The notes beneath the pieces are model-generated. The model was not told the DNA's origin, ran no database searches, and saw nothing but the letters and a program-made list of their open reading frames with translations. From contig CAVSWL010000019.1 in assembly GCA_963731655.1 (NCBI GenBank), forward strand, positions 40,609-104,608: 64,000 nt of DNA. The letters are read 5' to 3'. This document shows, one piece after another, positions 49,320-59,023 of the stretch. The position numbers and the translations under genes were made by a program. The DNA is from an uncultured Gammaproteobacteria bacterium. GTDB lineage: Bacteria > Pseudomonadota > Gammaproteobacteria > JAAEPA01. Within the stretch, counting starts at the first letter, position 1. Every line of letters starts with the position of its first letter.

Positions 49320-51026
49320 GTAACCGTTCAGACCCCGCCTCAAATCAGATTGGACATTAGCCGAGGAGTGTGAGAATTTAATGGGGAATAAGAGGAAATC
49401 TCGTCGGACCCCGCTAAATGCCCCGATCCGTATGCAGCTTAAGAATCACAGTTTAGGCCAAATCGATGAGCCCTATATCCGATCGCTGAGCCATGAGGAT
49501 CTGATCAGGCTCTCGACGAAGCTATTGAACGACCTAAAAGAAGCCCGGGAGCGGCTGAACCAGGGGCCGAGCAACAGCTCGCGGCCACCGAGTAGTCAGG
49601 CGCCGTGGGAAAGTAGTGAGGAACGCAAGGAGGAGGGTGAGCCGAGCACGGAGGATCCGGGGAGTGGCGAGGACGAGCCGGAAGTGGCTTCGGGCCAGGC
49701 GGAGAACGCGGTGGCGGCGCCGGACACCCAAGAGGGGGCACCGAAACGCCGCAAGGCGGGTAAGCCGAAGGGATCGCCGGGCTATGGGCGTACCCAGCGA
49801 GTAGCGCTCACTCACACGGTGGATCACCGCGTCGAACGGTGTGAGATCTGTGAACATGAAGCCCTTGAGTGTGCTGAGCAAAGGCCTTGGACGGCTTACA
49901 CTAGCCTGGATATCGAGGTGGGTGAGGGCGACGCACTCGGGCTGCGGGTTACCCATACCCAGCACCTCTTTTACGAGATGAGCTGTGGCTGCGGTCATAC
50001 GACCCGCCAGTATCCGCACCGCGGCGAAGCCGATGAGCGATGGGAAGGGATTGGGTTAAGCGAGTGGCGACTCGTCGGTCCGATGCTGTGTGCGCTCATT
50101 ATCGCCTTAACCTATCGGGCACGGATGTCGCGGGCCCGGGTTCAAGAGTTTCTGCGGGAGTGGTTAGGTTTGGAGCTGAGCGTCGGCACGCTGCAGCGCT
50201 GTATCGAGGAGTCCGCGCGCTCGGCCGCCCCGGTCGAGGAGCAGCTCGTTGCCGCGGTATTGAACAGTGAGTTGCTCCACGCCGATGAGACGCCGCACAA
50301 GGAGCACGGTCAGGCGCGCTGGTTGTGGGTGTTCGTCAACGCCACCACCGTGTTGTTTTATGTCGGGTATCGCACCAAAGAGATCATTGACACGCTGCTG
50401 GGCGAGGCCTATGGCGGTTGGTTGATGAGCGATGGTTACGTCGTCTATCGGGCGATGGCCAAGCGGCTGCGTTGCTGGGCTCACCTGCGCCGCAAGGCCA
50501 AGGGGCTAGAAGAAAGTTTGAACCTGGAGGGCCGCCAGTTTGGCCAACAAACCACTGCCTTTCTTAAGACGCTGATGAAGGCGATCTATCAGGCTCGGGA
50601 AGGGCCTGGAGAGGACCTCACTCCCCTTTTCCAAGACCAGCTCGATCAGTTCCGCGCGGCGTGTGAACGGGCGCGGGGCTCCTCACACGAGAAAACTCAC
50701 GCCTTGGCGGTGGAATTTCTCAATGACTGGGAGGCGATCTTTCGCGTGCTGGCCCATCCGCACCTGCCCCTGACCAACAACGAGGCCGAGCGGGCATTGC
50801 GCCATTGGGTCATCCTGCGCCGGATCAGCTATGGGACGCGCACCCCACAGGGTAGCCGGGCCTTTGCACTGCTGGCGAGCATCATCGATACCTGTCGCAG
50901 ACGCAACGCTTCACCGTGGTGCTATCTAGCCGAAGTGATTGATAGGGCACGACGCGGAGAACAAGTACCCATGCTTCCTACTGCGGGTTGATTTCTCCTA
51001 AATTTATAGGGGATCTGAAGGGTTAC
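49320..51026 (+). mobile_element. Second complete IS66-family element (single ORF), 1707 bp
   Basis: IRs GTAACCGTTCAGACCCC and (reverse complement) GTAACCCTTCAGATCCCC; 8-bp target duplication AAGTAGTC at 49312-49319 and 51027-51034. Confidence 0.95.
49381..50991 (+). CDS. IS66-family DDE transposase
   Basis: NSSRPPSS, HADET, SDGY, RCWAHL and TNNEAERALR. Confidence 0.95.
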   Translation: MGNKRKSRRTPLNAPIRMQLKNHSLGQIDEPYIRSLSHEDLIRLSTKLLNDLKEARERLNQGPSNSSRPPSSQAPWESSEERKEEGEPSTEDPGSGEDEPEVASGQAENAVAAPDTQEGAPKRRKAGKPKGSPGYGRTQRVALTHTVDHRVERCEICEHEALECAEQRPWTAYTSLDIEVGEGDALGLRVTHTQHLFYEMSCGCGHTTRQYPHRGEADERWEGIGLSEWRLVGPMLCALIIALTYRARMSRARVQEFLREWLGLELSVGTLQRCIEESARSAAPVEEQLVAAVLNSELLHADETPHKEHGQARWLWVFVNATTVLFYVGYRTKEIIDTLLGEAYGGWLMSDGYVVYRAMAKRLRCWAHLRRKAKGLEESLNLEGRQFGQQTTAFLKTLMKAIYQAREGPGEDLTPLFQDQLDQFRAACERARGSSHEKTHALAVEFLNDWEAIFRVLAHPHLPLTNNEAERALRHWVILRRISYGTRTPQGSRAFALLASIIDTCRRRNASPWCYLAEVIDRARRGEQVPMLPTAG

Positions 51027-51128
51027 AAGTAGTCTATTAGTCTTGTTTTAAATCATCGAAGCTATTTTTATCTACGCCTCTTATAAACAAATGACTTCTC
51101 AACCTATTTGCTGTGTAAGTTTTATTGT

Positions 51129-52415
51129 CTATCGATCGGTGATTGCGACGTAATCTCGCACAGGTATACCCGTGTAGACCTGCCGTGGGCGGGCAATCTT
51201 TTGCTCTTCGTCGCTAATCATTTCGCGCCACTGAGCGAGCCAGCCTGCGGCCCGGGGAATTGCGAACAGCACTGGGAACATTTCCGTGGGAAAGCGCATA
51301 GCCTGCATAATAATCCCACTATAGAAGTCCACGTTGGGATAGAGGTTGCGTGCGATAAAAAAATCATCTTGCAATGCAATTTGTTCCAATTCTAGCGCGA
51401 TGTCAATTAGAGCATTATTGCCGGTTACTTCAAATACATCTCTGGCGACCTGTTTGATGATGCTCGCACGGGGGTCATAGCTCGTATAGACTCGATGCCC
51501 GAAGCCCATGAGTCGCATTTCGCCTTTTTTAACCCGTTCTACATATTTCGGAATCGCAGATATGGACCCAATTTCGTTTAGCATGCGCAGTACCGCTTCG
51601 TTAGCTCCACCATGCAAAGGCCCATAGAGTGCAGCAGCCGCGGCGGACATGGCACAATAGGGGTCAACTTTACTGGATCCCACTGCGCGCATCGTGGCGG
51701 TGGAACAATTTTGCTCATGATCGGCGTGCAATACAAATAACACATCGAGGGCGCGGGCTAGAGTGGGGTGAACTTCATAGTTACGCTCGTTCATATAATC
51801 CAGCATATACAGGAAATTAGCTGTATAACCTAATGTGGCATCTGGATAGTTGACAGGCCTGCCAATGGCTTCACGGTAAGCGAATGAAGCCAGCGTGGGG
51901 AGTTTGCCCAGGATTCGCCAGATTTGTTTGGCTTGAACATCGGGATCATGAAAATTCTTGGCTTCTGGATGAAGTGTGGACATCGCCGCGATTGAGCTGA
52001 TCAGCATGCCCATGGGGTGCGCATCATAACGAAAAGCCTCAATCAAATGCGCCAAATTTTCGTGAATATAGGTATGGCGCATGATGCGTCCAATCCAGTA
52101 GTCGAGTTGTTCCTGGGAAGGCAACTCACCGTAAATCAATAGATAAGCTACTTCCAGGAAAGAGCTTTTCTCCGCGAGTTGCTCTATCGGGTATCCGCGA
52201 TAGCGCAATATGCTTCTTTCACCATCAATGAACGTAATACTGCTTTTACAGGCAGCGGTATTCATAAATGCCGGGTCGTAGCTCATGAGTCCAAAATCAT
52301 CAGCATTAACCTTAATCTGGCGTAGATTCATTGCACAAATCGAATTATTTTCGATGGGAATTTCATAAACCTGGCCAGTCCGGTTGTCCGTGACTGTTAA
52401 TGTATTCTGGTTCAT
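51129..52415 (-). CDS. gltA: Citrate synthase
   Basis: LRYRGYPI, HADHEQNCST, GPLHGGANE, MGFGHRVY and YPNVDFYSG. Confidence 0.96.
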   Translation of the reverse strand: MNQNTLTVTDNRTGQVYEIPIENNSICAMNLRQIKVNADDFGLMSYDPAFMNTAACKSSITFIDGERSILRYRGYPIEQLAEKSSFLEVAYLLIYGELPSQEQLDYWIGRIMRHTYIHENLAHLIEAFRYDAHPMGMLISSIAAMSTLHPEAKNFHDPDVQAKQIWRILGKLPTLASFAYREAIGRPVNYPDATLGYTANFLYMLDYMNERNYEVHPTLARALDVLFVLHADHEQNCSTATMRAVGSSKVDPYCAMSAAAAALYGPLHGGANEAVLRMLNEIGSISAIPKYVERVKKGEMRLMGFGHRVYTSYDPRASIIKQVARDVFEVTGNNALIDIALELEQIALQDDFFIARNLYPNVDFYSGIIMQAMRFPTEMFPVLFAIPRAAGWLAQWREMISDEEQKIARPRQVYTGIPVRDYVAITDR

Positions 52416-52888
52416 CGAGTTACCTCACTCCTGATATCTAAGCATTTAATACCCCGGCAATATTGTCTTGACGGAATACTTACATTCAATTTAGGGTATT
52501 CTTTAGGTTTGGTCAGCATTGGACCCGTTCCTATTTCCGCAACCGTGCATCGGCCTGGAAGTGCCCTTATCTTGGGTTGCTATGAAAATTTAGTGAATGC
52601 TACCGGAAAGTAGGGTGGATCGTAATCCATGCTATGAAACTAAAGTGATTAGGTTTGGTGGTATTTGTCTTTTATATGTTTTTTTATTTATGCTTATTAG
52701 CCAAATAGCATTCTCCAGCGAGCAGAGTGGCTCGGCAAATCTTTGAATATGTGGAGCCGATCTATAGGATATATAAGTTCGTGGGATGCCGACTTCGTGC
52801 CGACAACCCAAAAAAACTAGTATAAAGTAAAGTATTAAAAATTCAATCTGTGGCTCCGATCGCATAATCCTTAGGCCACATCGATTGC

Positions 52889-54355
52889 TTACGTTTTGAG
52901 CAATGCATCGAAGCCGCTAGAAGTTCGAATAACACCGTTTCCGGTGTAGGCTTCATGATTCTTTTCGATACTACCGGATCTATACAAATAATTGATCATC
53001 ATCCCTGCGGATTGGCGCATGCCTTTCGGTGAAGTGTCGCCCCGCCAGTTGATACGCTCCATGCGAGCACCATTTGAAAGATGGAAATGAGCGACGCGAT
53101 CGTGGGCACATTTTCCCCGTTTTGCCTGGGTTAGATAAGTCGCGCAGCATCGCAATAGAGGTTCGCGAATAAGTTCTTCGACTTCGGGTTGTTTCTGCCA
53201 AACCTGAGGATCGTGCAGTGCATTCAGTATCATAGACTCCTCCGGTAGCACAGCCGAAAGATTGCGTTGCTCATGTGGTAGTAGCAATTGGATACCTTTC
53301 TCCTTGAATTGTTGGTCGAACCATTCGCAAAATCCGGGGATCGGCGACAAGGTGGCAAAGTTCTTTAAGTTCTTGAAATCTCCGGCAAGTGCCTCAACCA
53401 CCCGCTTAATTAGGAAACTGCCAAAACTGACTCCCGAAAGGCCGCCCTGGGCATTGGATATTGAATAAAATATCGCAGTATCCGCTTCGTCAGGGTTCCC
53501 AGTAGGTGCTCTGATGTCCAATAGGGTTTGAACGTTATCCGCGATGCCTCGGACTAGAGCGACCCAAACATAGATTAGAGGTTCATCTGGCATTAAAGGG
53601 TGTATGAAAGCATAGCAGCGCCGATCGGATGCCAGACGATTCTTGATGTCCACCCATGATTTTACCGGGTGGACGGCTTCATATCGAGCTAACTTCTCCA
53701 AGAGCGAAGCCGGTGCATCCCACGTAATACATTGCAGATCCAAAAAGCCAACATCAAACCACGAGGCCAATAATCCCTTCAGGTCGTCGCTCAATTCTTT
53801 TAAGGATGGATCTTCGCGAGCCAAATGAATCAGCTCAGCGCGCATGTCGACCAAAAACTTTATTCCTTGTGGTAAGGCATTGAATTGTGCCAGCAGCCGT
53901 ACGCGTGGTGGAATTAAGCTGTCACGCAGGGACACCAAGGCGATCCGCTTCAGCTCACTATTGTTGGCTTTCCCATGGCTTGTAAGGCGGCGTAAATCTG
54001 TCCATTTAGCGGCAGCCCGTTCAATGGCGGTTTCATTTACACCAAAGTCATTCACCAACAGTTTCAAAAAACGCATGCGGCCGTCTTCGTTCAGGCTCAG
54101 ATAGGTCCTTCCTAGGTCGGCGGCTCGAGCCCTGGCGGAAACCTCGCCGCCACGACCTTCGAGGCAGGTTTCAATCTGACGTTTGAGCTGGTAACAATCG
54201 TCTTCGGGCAGGTCAGGTCTCACGGTGCCCGTGAGTTTAACTCGAGCGGCACTGGTAAGATCTTTCCAAACTCGCCGAAGATTGCTTAAGGTCTTGTCAA
54301 TTAGTTTTGGTGCTTCGGTCTGTTCCATGGGTTGGGTTCCCCTAAATGGGTTCAT
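52889..54355 (-). CDS. Malonyl-CoA decarboxylase
   Basis: YEAVH, DRRCYAF, FYSISN, LIKRVV, TLSPIPGF, VAHFHLSNGA and GMMINYLY. Confidence 0.92.
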   Translation of the reverse strand: MNPFRGTQPMEQTEAPKLIDKTLSNLRRVWKDLTSAARVKLTGTVRPDLPEDDCYQLKRQIETCLEGRGGEVSARARAADLGRTYLSLNEDGRMRFLKLLVNDFGVNETAIERAAAKWTDLRRLTSHGKANNSELKRIALVSLRDSLIPPRVRLLAQFNALPQGIKFLVDMRAELIHLAREDPSLKELSDDLKGLLASWFDVGFLDLQCITWDAPASLLEKLARYEAVHPVKSWVDIKNRLASDRRCYAFIHPLMPDEPLIYVWVALVRGIADNVQTLLDIRAPTGNPDEADTAIFYSISNAQGGLSGVSFGSFLIKRVVEALAGDFKNLKNFATLSPIPGFCEWFDQQFKEKGIQLLLPHEQRNLSAVLPEESMILNALHDPQVWQKQPEVEELIREPLLRCCATYLTQAKRGKCAHDRVAHFHLSNGARMERINWRGDTSPKGMRQSAGMMINYLYRSGSIEKNHEAYTGNGVIRTSSGFDALLKT

Positions 54356-54565
54356 TCAGATGGAGGTTTTGATGGGAGTCTTTAAAGAAATTTCTATAAA
54401 AGTATAGAGAACTGAACGTTAAATTTCAGATTTCGATCTTACTGATCTTCCGAGCTGATGGTCACGAATGTTGCGAGTCCACGCACGCCCAGGGAAAGGG
54501 TAGATGGCTATTAAACGATCTTGTGTATAAGCAACACCAATGAGCGTGCACTGAGCGGGTATGAG

Positions 54566-54774
54566 TCACCACATTGCAGCGTGCCAGACCTGATCCGTAT
54601 TCTCAGTGAGTGGAACGCGAACGATTTCTTTGATTCCTTGAGTGTCGAATAAACAGACATCTACTTTTTCTGCATTCTCGGAAAAAACGCAAAATTTACC
54701 CCATGACCATCCCAGGTCGCTCCGAGCGGATACGGTTTCCCATGCCAAACGGCATCGTGTTGGGTCGCGATCAT
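54566..54774 (-). pseudogene. glgX: Truncated, frameshifted 5' remnant of glycogen debranching enzyme
   Basis: One frame gives VWHGKPYPLGATWDGHGVNFA; after a slip in a T run the next frame gives FSENAEKVDVCLFD...PLTENTDQVWH, then a stop. This matches the GlgX N-terminal domain only. Confidence 0.85.
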
Positions 54775-55027
54775 TGCAACTTCAGTCTTTATTGGAGTCG
54801 TGCTGTATTGACATGATGGTATTCCTTCCGTTTAAGTCGAGGCAATTGAGCGAGTAACCTCAGTCAGAACGAAAGAGGACAAAACTGACTAGGTTAAGTT
54901 ATTATACTTAGAAGGCTTGTGAGGCCTGAACCCTCTAAGTTGATGATATGGCTATCCTAATCCTAAGCCGTATATTTTAAAGATAAAATGAAAATATTAG
55001 GACAATGGCGGCATACGGAGGAAAGTT

Positions 55028-55426
55028 ATGAGTGAACGGTATACAGTCCTTTTTCCTGGCGGCAAACGCGTTGATATTCAAACTGGCGGATTCAGGATTT
55101 CGACGGATCAGTCCTTAAAAGCGGGTGGCGAGGCGTCTGCTCCTGAACCCTTTACGTTGTTTCTATCTTCAATCGCCGGCTGCGCTGGTATCTATGCTCT
55201 GAATTTCTGCCAATCGCGAAATCTTTCCACGGAAGGTTTAGAACTTAGTATGAATTGGGAACGTGATGGGCAACAACCGATGCAGGCGAAGATCCGATTC
55301 GAGCTCAAGCTGCCGCGTGATTTCCCCGACAAATACCGGCAGGGTATTGTTAAAGCAATGGATTTATGTGCGGTAAAGAAGCATATACAAAATCCTCCGC
55401 TGTTCTCTACTGAGATTGTGGACTAA
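55028..55426 (+). CDS. OsmC-family protein
   Basis: TDQS...GGEASAPEPFTLFLSSIAGC and a second Cys in DLCAVKKH. Confidence 0.85.
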   Translation: MSERYTVLFPGGKRVDIQTGGFRISTDQSLKAGGEASAPEPFTLFLSSIAGCAGIYALNFCQSRNLSTEGLELSMNWERDGQQPMQAKIRFELKLPRDFPDKYRQGIVKAMDLCAVKKHIQNPPLFSTEIVD

Positions 55427-55790
55427 CTCTTTAAGGAGTAATTCGCTGATCCTTGTTGACTTTCAGCGTCTCCGTTATGATTCCTCTGCCTGCAGCGAAT
55501 AATTCGACACCTGCGGTTAAATATCATATCCTTCGTTTGGAAAAGGTATCAAACTCAGTGCGCTGGCTTCCTACCCGGAATGTTCGCAAGGGGCTTGGAC
55601 CTTGCGTGCAGCGATGCCGAAGTCACTCAATAGCTGGGTTGGGTGGGCATTCTAATGGGTATGATCGAGTCCCTTTGAGTTGCTTCTACTAAAGAACTGT
55701 GAGTCATATCCATTCTGCACTGGTGGAGAAACAATGCCTAGAAAAAGTATTACTTTCTATTGAACCCGTAAACCCCAAGAGGAGAAACAT

Positions 55791-56768
55791 ATGAAGCCAC
55801 CGGTACGTGTAGCCGTGACAGGAGCAGCTGGACAAATCGCCTATTCCCTGCTGTTCCGTATCGCATCCGGAGAGATGTTAGGACAAGATCAGCCCATTAT
55901 TCTGCAGCTATTGGAAATCACGCCCGCGCTGAAAGCTCTGGAAGGTGTCGTGATGGAAGTTAATGATTGCGCCTACCCGCTCGTTCACGACATTGTCCAA
56001 ACCGATGATGTGAATACTGCCTTTAGAGATGTCAGTTATGCTCTGCTGGTTGGCGCAAAACCACGGGGTCCCGGGATGGAACGCGCCGATCTTCTTACCG
56101 ATAATGGCAGGATTTTTGGGCCTCAAGGGCGTGCGCTCAATGATCATGCGAATCGAGATGTCAGGGTGATCGTCATCGGTAACCCTGCTAACACGAATGC
56201 CCTGATTGCCCAACGTAATGCCCCGGATCTGGATCCCCGGCAATTTACGGGCATGATGCGTCTTGACCATAACAGAGCCGTGGCTCAGTTAGCGGAAAAG
56301 ACGGGTGCGCGCGTAAGCGATGTGAAAAACGTGGCGGTATGGGGAAATCACTCGCCCACCCAATACCCGGATATCCACCATGCTACCGTTGCGGGTAAGC
56401 CCGCAATAGAGCAAGTGGATCAAACCTGGTATCGGGAACAATACATTCCCCGAGTGGCGAAGCGAGGTGCGGAAATTATCCAGGCTCGAGGAAGTTCTAG
56501 CGCTGCTTCAGCTGGTTTTGCTGGATTGCAACACATGCGGGACTGGGCATTGGGCTCTGCCGAGGGCGATTGGGTTAGCATGGCCGTCCCATCTGATGGT
56601 AGTTATGGTATTTCTGAAGGCTTAATTTATGGCTTTCCGGTAACGTGCAAAGATGGTAACTACGAGATCGTTCAAGGGCTAGATCTTGACGAGTTTAGCC
56701 GTAGCAAGATGGCAGCGACCGAGCAGGAGCTTAAAGAAGAGCGTGATGCTGTAAAGGCACTCATCTAA
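55791..56768 (+). CDS. mdh: Malate dehydrogenase
   Basis: [34 protein letters not shown] and WGNHS. Confidence 0.96.
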   Translation: MKPPVRVAVTGAAGQIAYSLLFRIASGEMLGQDQPIILQLLEITPALKALEGVVMEVNDCAYPLVHDIVQTDDVNTAFRDVSYALLVGAKPRGPGMERADLLTDNGRIFGPQGRALNDHANRDVRVIVIGNPANTNALIAQRNAPDLDPRQFTGMMRLDHNRAVAQLAEKTGARVSDVKNVAVWGNHSPTQYPDIHHATVAGKPAIEQVDQTWYREQYIPRVAKRGAEIIQARGSSSAASAGFAGLQHMRDWALGSAEGDWVSMAVPSDGSYGISEGLIYGFPVTCKDGNYEIVQGLDLDEFSRSKMAATEQELKEERDAVKALI

Positions 56769-56781
56769 AATCGTATGAGAA

Positions 56782-56811
56782 AACACATCAGGTGTCGATC
56801 GCCTGATGTGT
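56782..56811 (+). terminator. Hairpin after mdh
   Basis: ACACATCAGG...CCTGATGTGT inverted repeat. Confidence 0.6.
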
Positions 56812-56940
56812 GCAGTTACTCTTCTACAATGGTGCCAGCGGATTAGGCAATGCGAAAGGTAGCTTGAAGTAGCTGAAATGGATTTTACCGGCCAGATCTA
56901 CGTATATTCCATGGCCTTTACTGACATCACTGGGATTAAG

Positions 56941-56978
56941 CAAAATGCGGGAGAGCACCGATGGTGCGTTCCCGCACT
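56941..56978 (-). terminator. Terminator after the Hsp20 pair
   Basis: TGCGGGA..GCACC...GGTGC..TCCCGCA stem followed by TTTT on the minus strand. Confidence 0.6.
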
Positions 56979-56984
56979 CCAAGT

Positions 56985-57383
56985 TTAGTTGACCTCAACT
57001 TTCCGCGGTGTAGCCTCTTTAGCTTTAGGCAGACGCAAGGTTAGCACGCCATCAGCGATTTTTGCATCAATATTAGGTTTGTCGATTTCGCTGGAAACCG
57101 TAAAGCTTCGGCTGAAGTGCCCCACGTTATATTCGGTATAAGCCGGTTTATAGTTTTGGTAACGCTCGAAGTCGATGTGTCCTTCTACCGAAAGCTGGTT
57201 TTTTTCGAGTTTAATTTCAATATTTTGTTTCTCAACACCAGGCATTTCCATCAAGACGACTAAAGCGTCCGCTGTTTCGTAGATATCCGTATACGGTAAG
57301 TAGTACTTTCCGGGAATCGTTTTCTCTTCTTTTCCTTCGAGCTCTTTTTTCTCTTTCACTTGTAATGCCGTTTCGTCAGTCAT
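56985..57383 (-). CDS. Hsp20/alpha-crystallin small heat-shock protein
   Basis: PYTDIYET, EMPGV, FSRSF, DGVLTLRLPK and VEV tail. Confidence 0.92.
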   Translation of the reverse strand: MTDETALQVKEKKELEGKEEKTIPGKYYLPYTDIYETADALVVLMEMPGVEKQNIEIKLEKNQLSVEGHIDFERYQNYKPAYTEYNVGHFSRSFTVSSEIDKPNIDAKIADGVLTLRLPKAKEATPRKVEVN

Positions 57384-57453
57384 AGCAACCTCCTTATGAT
57401 CTGATCATTAAAGAATAATTGAGTGAGCAATTTCGTTTCTTACTCTAGCCCCG

Positions 57454-57882
57454 CTATCCGATACTGACCGTGCGAGGTTTTTCATGCTCGGCACGGGGAA
57501 TAAGTAGCGCTAGAATTCCGTCTCGGTATTCGGCTTTCACGCCTTCTGCATCCACATCGAAAGGGATTGAAATAGTTCTGTCGAATCGACCAGAGTCACG
57601 TTCGGAGCGATGAATACTGACGTTTTCGCCGTAATCTACCACTTTCTTGCCCGATAAACGCACATGATTTTTTTGAATTTGGATATCGAGATCCTCACGT
57701 TTTGCACCCGGTATCTCAGTAATAATGACGTAGTTATCGTTGTCCTGGAATACATTCACTGGAGGAAAAGCTCCCCGGCTGGTTGTGGCTGCAGGGCCAA
57801 ACCAATCCGCTGCTTTCGCTTCTTCTAAAGCTTTTTGTATCCCAAGTAACGCTTGTAACGGAGTGGAAAACCTAGTGATCAT
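57454..57882 (-). CDS. Hsp20/alpha-crystallin small heat-shock protein
   Basis: FPPVNV, EIPG, ERDSGRFDR and AEYRDGIL; GGAGG RBS before MITRF. Confidence 0.92.
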   Translation of the reverse strand: MITRFSTPLQALLGIQKALEEAKAADWFGPAATTSRGAFPPVNVFQDNDNYVIITEIPGAKREDLDIQIQKNHVRLSGKKVVDYGENVSIHRSERDSGRFDRTISIPFDVDAEGVKAEYRDGILALLIPRAEHEKPRTVSIG

Positions 57883-58037
57883 AACGCGGCCTCCTAAGTT
57901 GTTGAGGGTTTCATGCATCGCAGCTTGTTGCTTTCAAACGAGGCGCTGTAATTAACTCAATTAATTTTCGAGAATTGGTGCCTACACCGCTTCGGTTTAC
58001 AGCGCTGCAACGTGTTACGTCCTTACGTATATCAGGA

Positions 58038-58066
58038 AGTATTGGGACGATCTAAACGTTTTCAAG
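58038..58066 (-). promoter_or_regulatory. Sigma32 (RpoH)-type promoter for the Hsp20 pair
   Basis: Minus strand CTTGAAA-N13-CCCAATACT, compared with consensus CTTGAAA-N13-15-CCCCATnT. Confidence 0.7.
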
Positions 58067-58116
58067 CAGCTCTAGGGTTTGGGCATGCGTATTTCTTGCA
58101 AAAACGCCGTTTGTGG

Positions 58117-58173
58117 GTAACCGTTCAGATCCACTGCAAATAGGGGGCGGGGTAAGCCGATTCCTGAACTGAC
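58117..58173. mobile_element. Solo IS66 terminal inverted repeat (remnant)
   Basis: GTAACCGTTCAGATCC at 58117-58132 nearly matches both ends of the 49320-51026 element; no transposase adjacent. Confidence 0.6.
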
Positions 58174-58466
58174 CTTCGATACGCAATCGCTGAATTTACA
58201 CTTCCGGTCCTCGGAGGATACGGACTTCGTTATCTCACGCTAACTCGAACATCGAGTTACAGGGACGTATCATGGATACTGCTCACTCTCTTCTCACTAA
58301 AAACTGACGATATCCTTCCGGATTGATGCTAAAGATATAGTGCTTGAATCTCACCCGACATTCAGAGATACTCGTGGCTCATATTTTCTAAAAGCTGGGC
58401 TAGATGACGAGCTTTAGATCAGAAAGACGACATCGTAGGATGTTGCCATACGCTTAAATGTTCAAT

Positions 58467-58578
<112 letters not shown>

Positions 58579-59023
58579 GCCATTTTAGGTGCGGACTGGC
58601 TTAAAAGATTGTTTGGCGAGCAAACTCTTCTGCGTAGATAAGACCTCAAACCGATATACTTATAACATATCAAGCTAACTTGGCTGTTTTCGCCGTAGGC
58701 TTCTTCTCTATGCGTGTCAAGTAGTGGGCCTCATCCTCAGGCGAGGTACCGGTCAATAGCAGAGAAACCGGATCTGGACCACCACGCTCTCACTCACAAT
58801 TTTATTTAACGAGATCCAACCTGATGTGGCTATCAAACGATCGTTAAACTCGCTGGGAACAGGTTTGATCGCCGCTTTGCCGTGACGAAGGCCGAGATTT
58901 CCGATGGCATATCTGGCTTTGAACCGCCTTCATTCGCAAAGTCCGAGAGCGCTAAGGTTCTGAGGCTGCAAAGCCCAATATCATGCACCTGAGCATCACC
59001 TCTTGTGCGAGAGTTTGGAAATT

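Noticed and set aside
47536-50484. Antisense and alternative ORFs within the IS elements (e.g. 47627-48358, 243 aa)
   Set aside because: Expected shadow ORFs in GC-rich transposase genes; no recognisable motifs.
47480-51026. Composite transposon made of the two IS66 elements
   Set aside because: Different IRs and transposases, each with its own target duplication, and no cargo gene.
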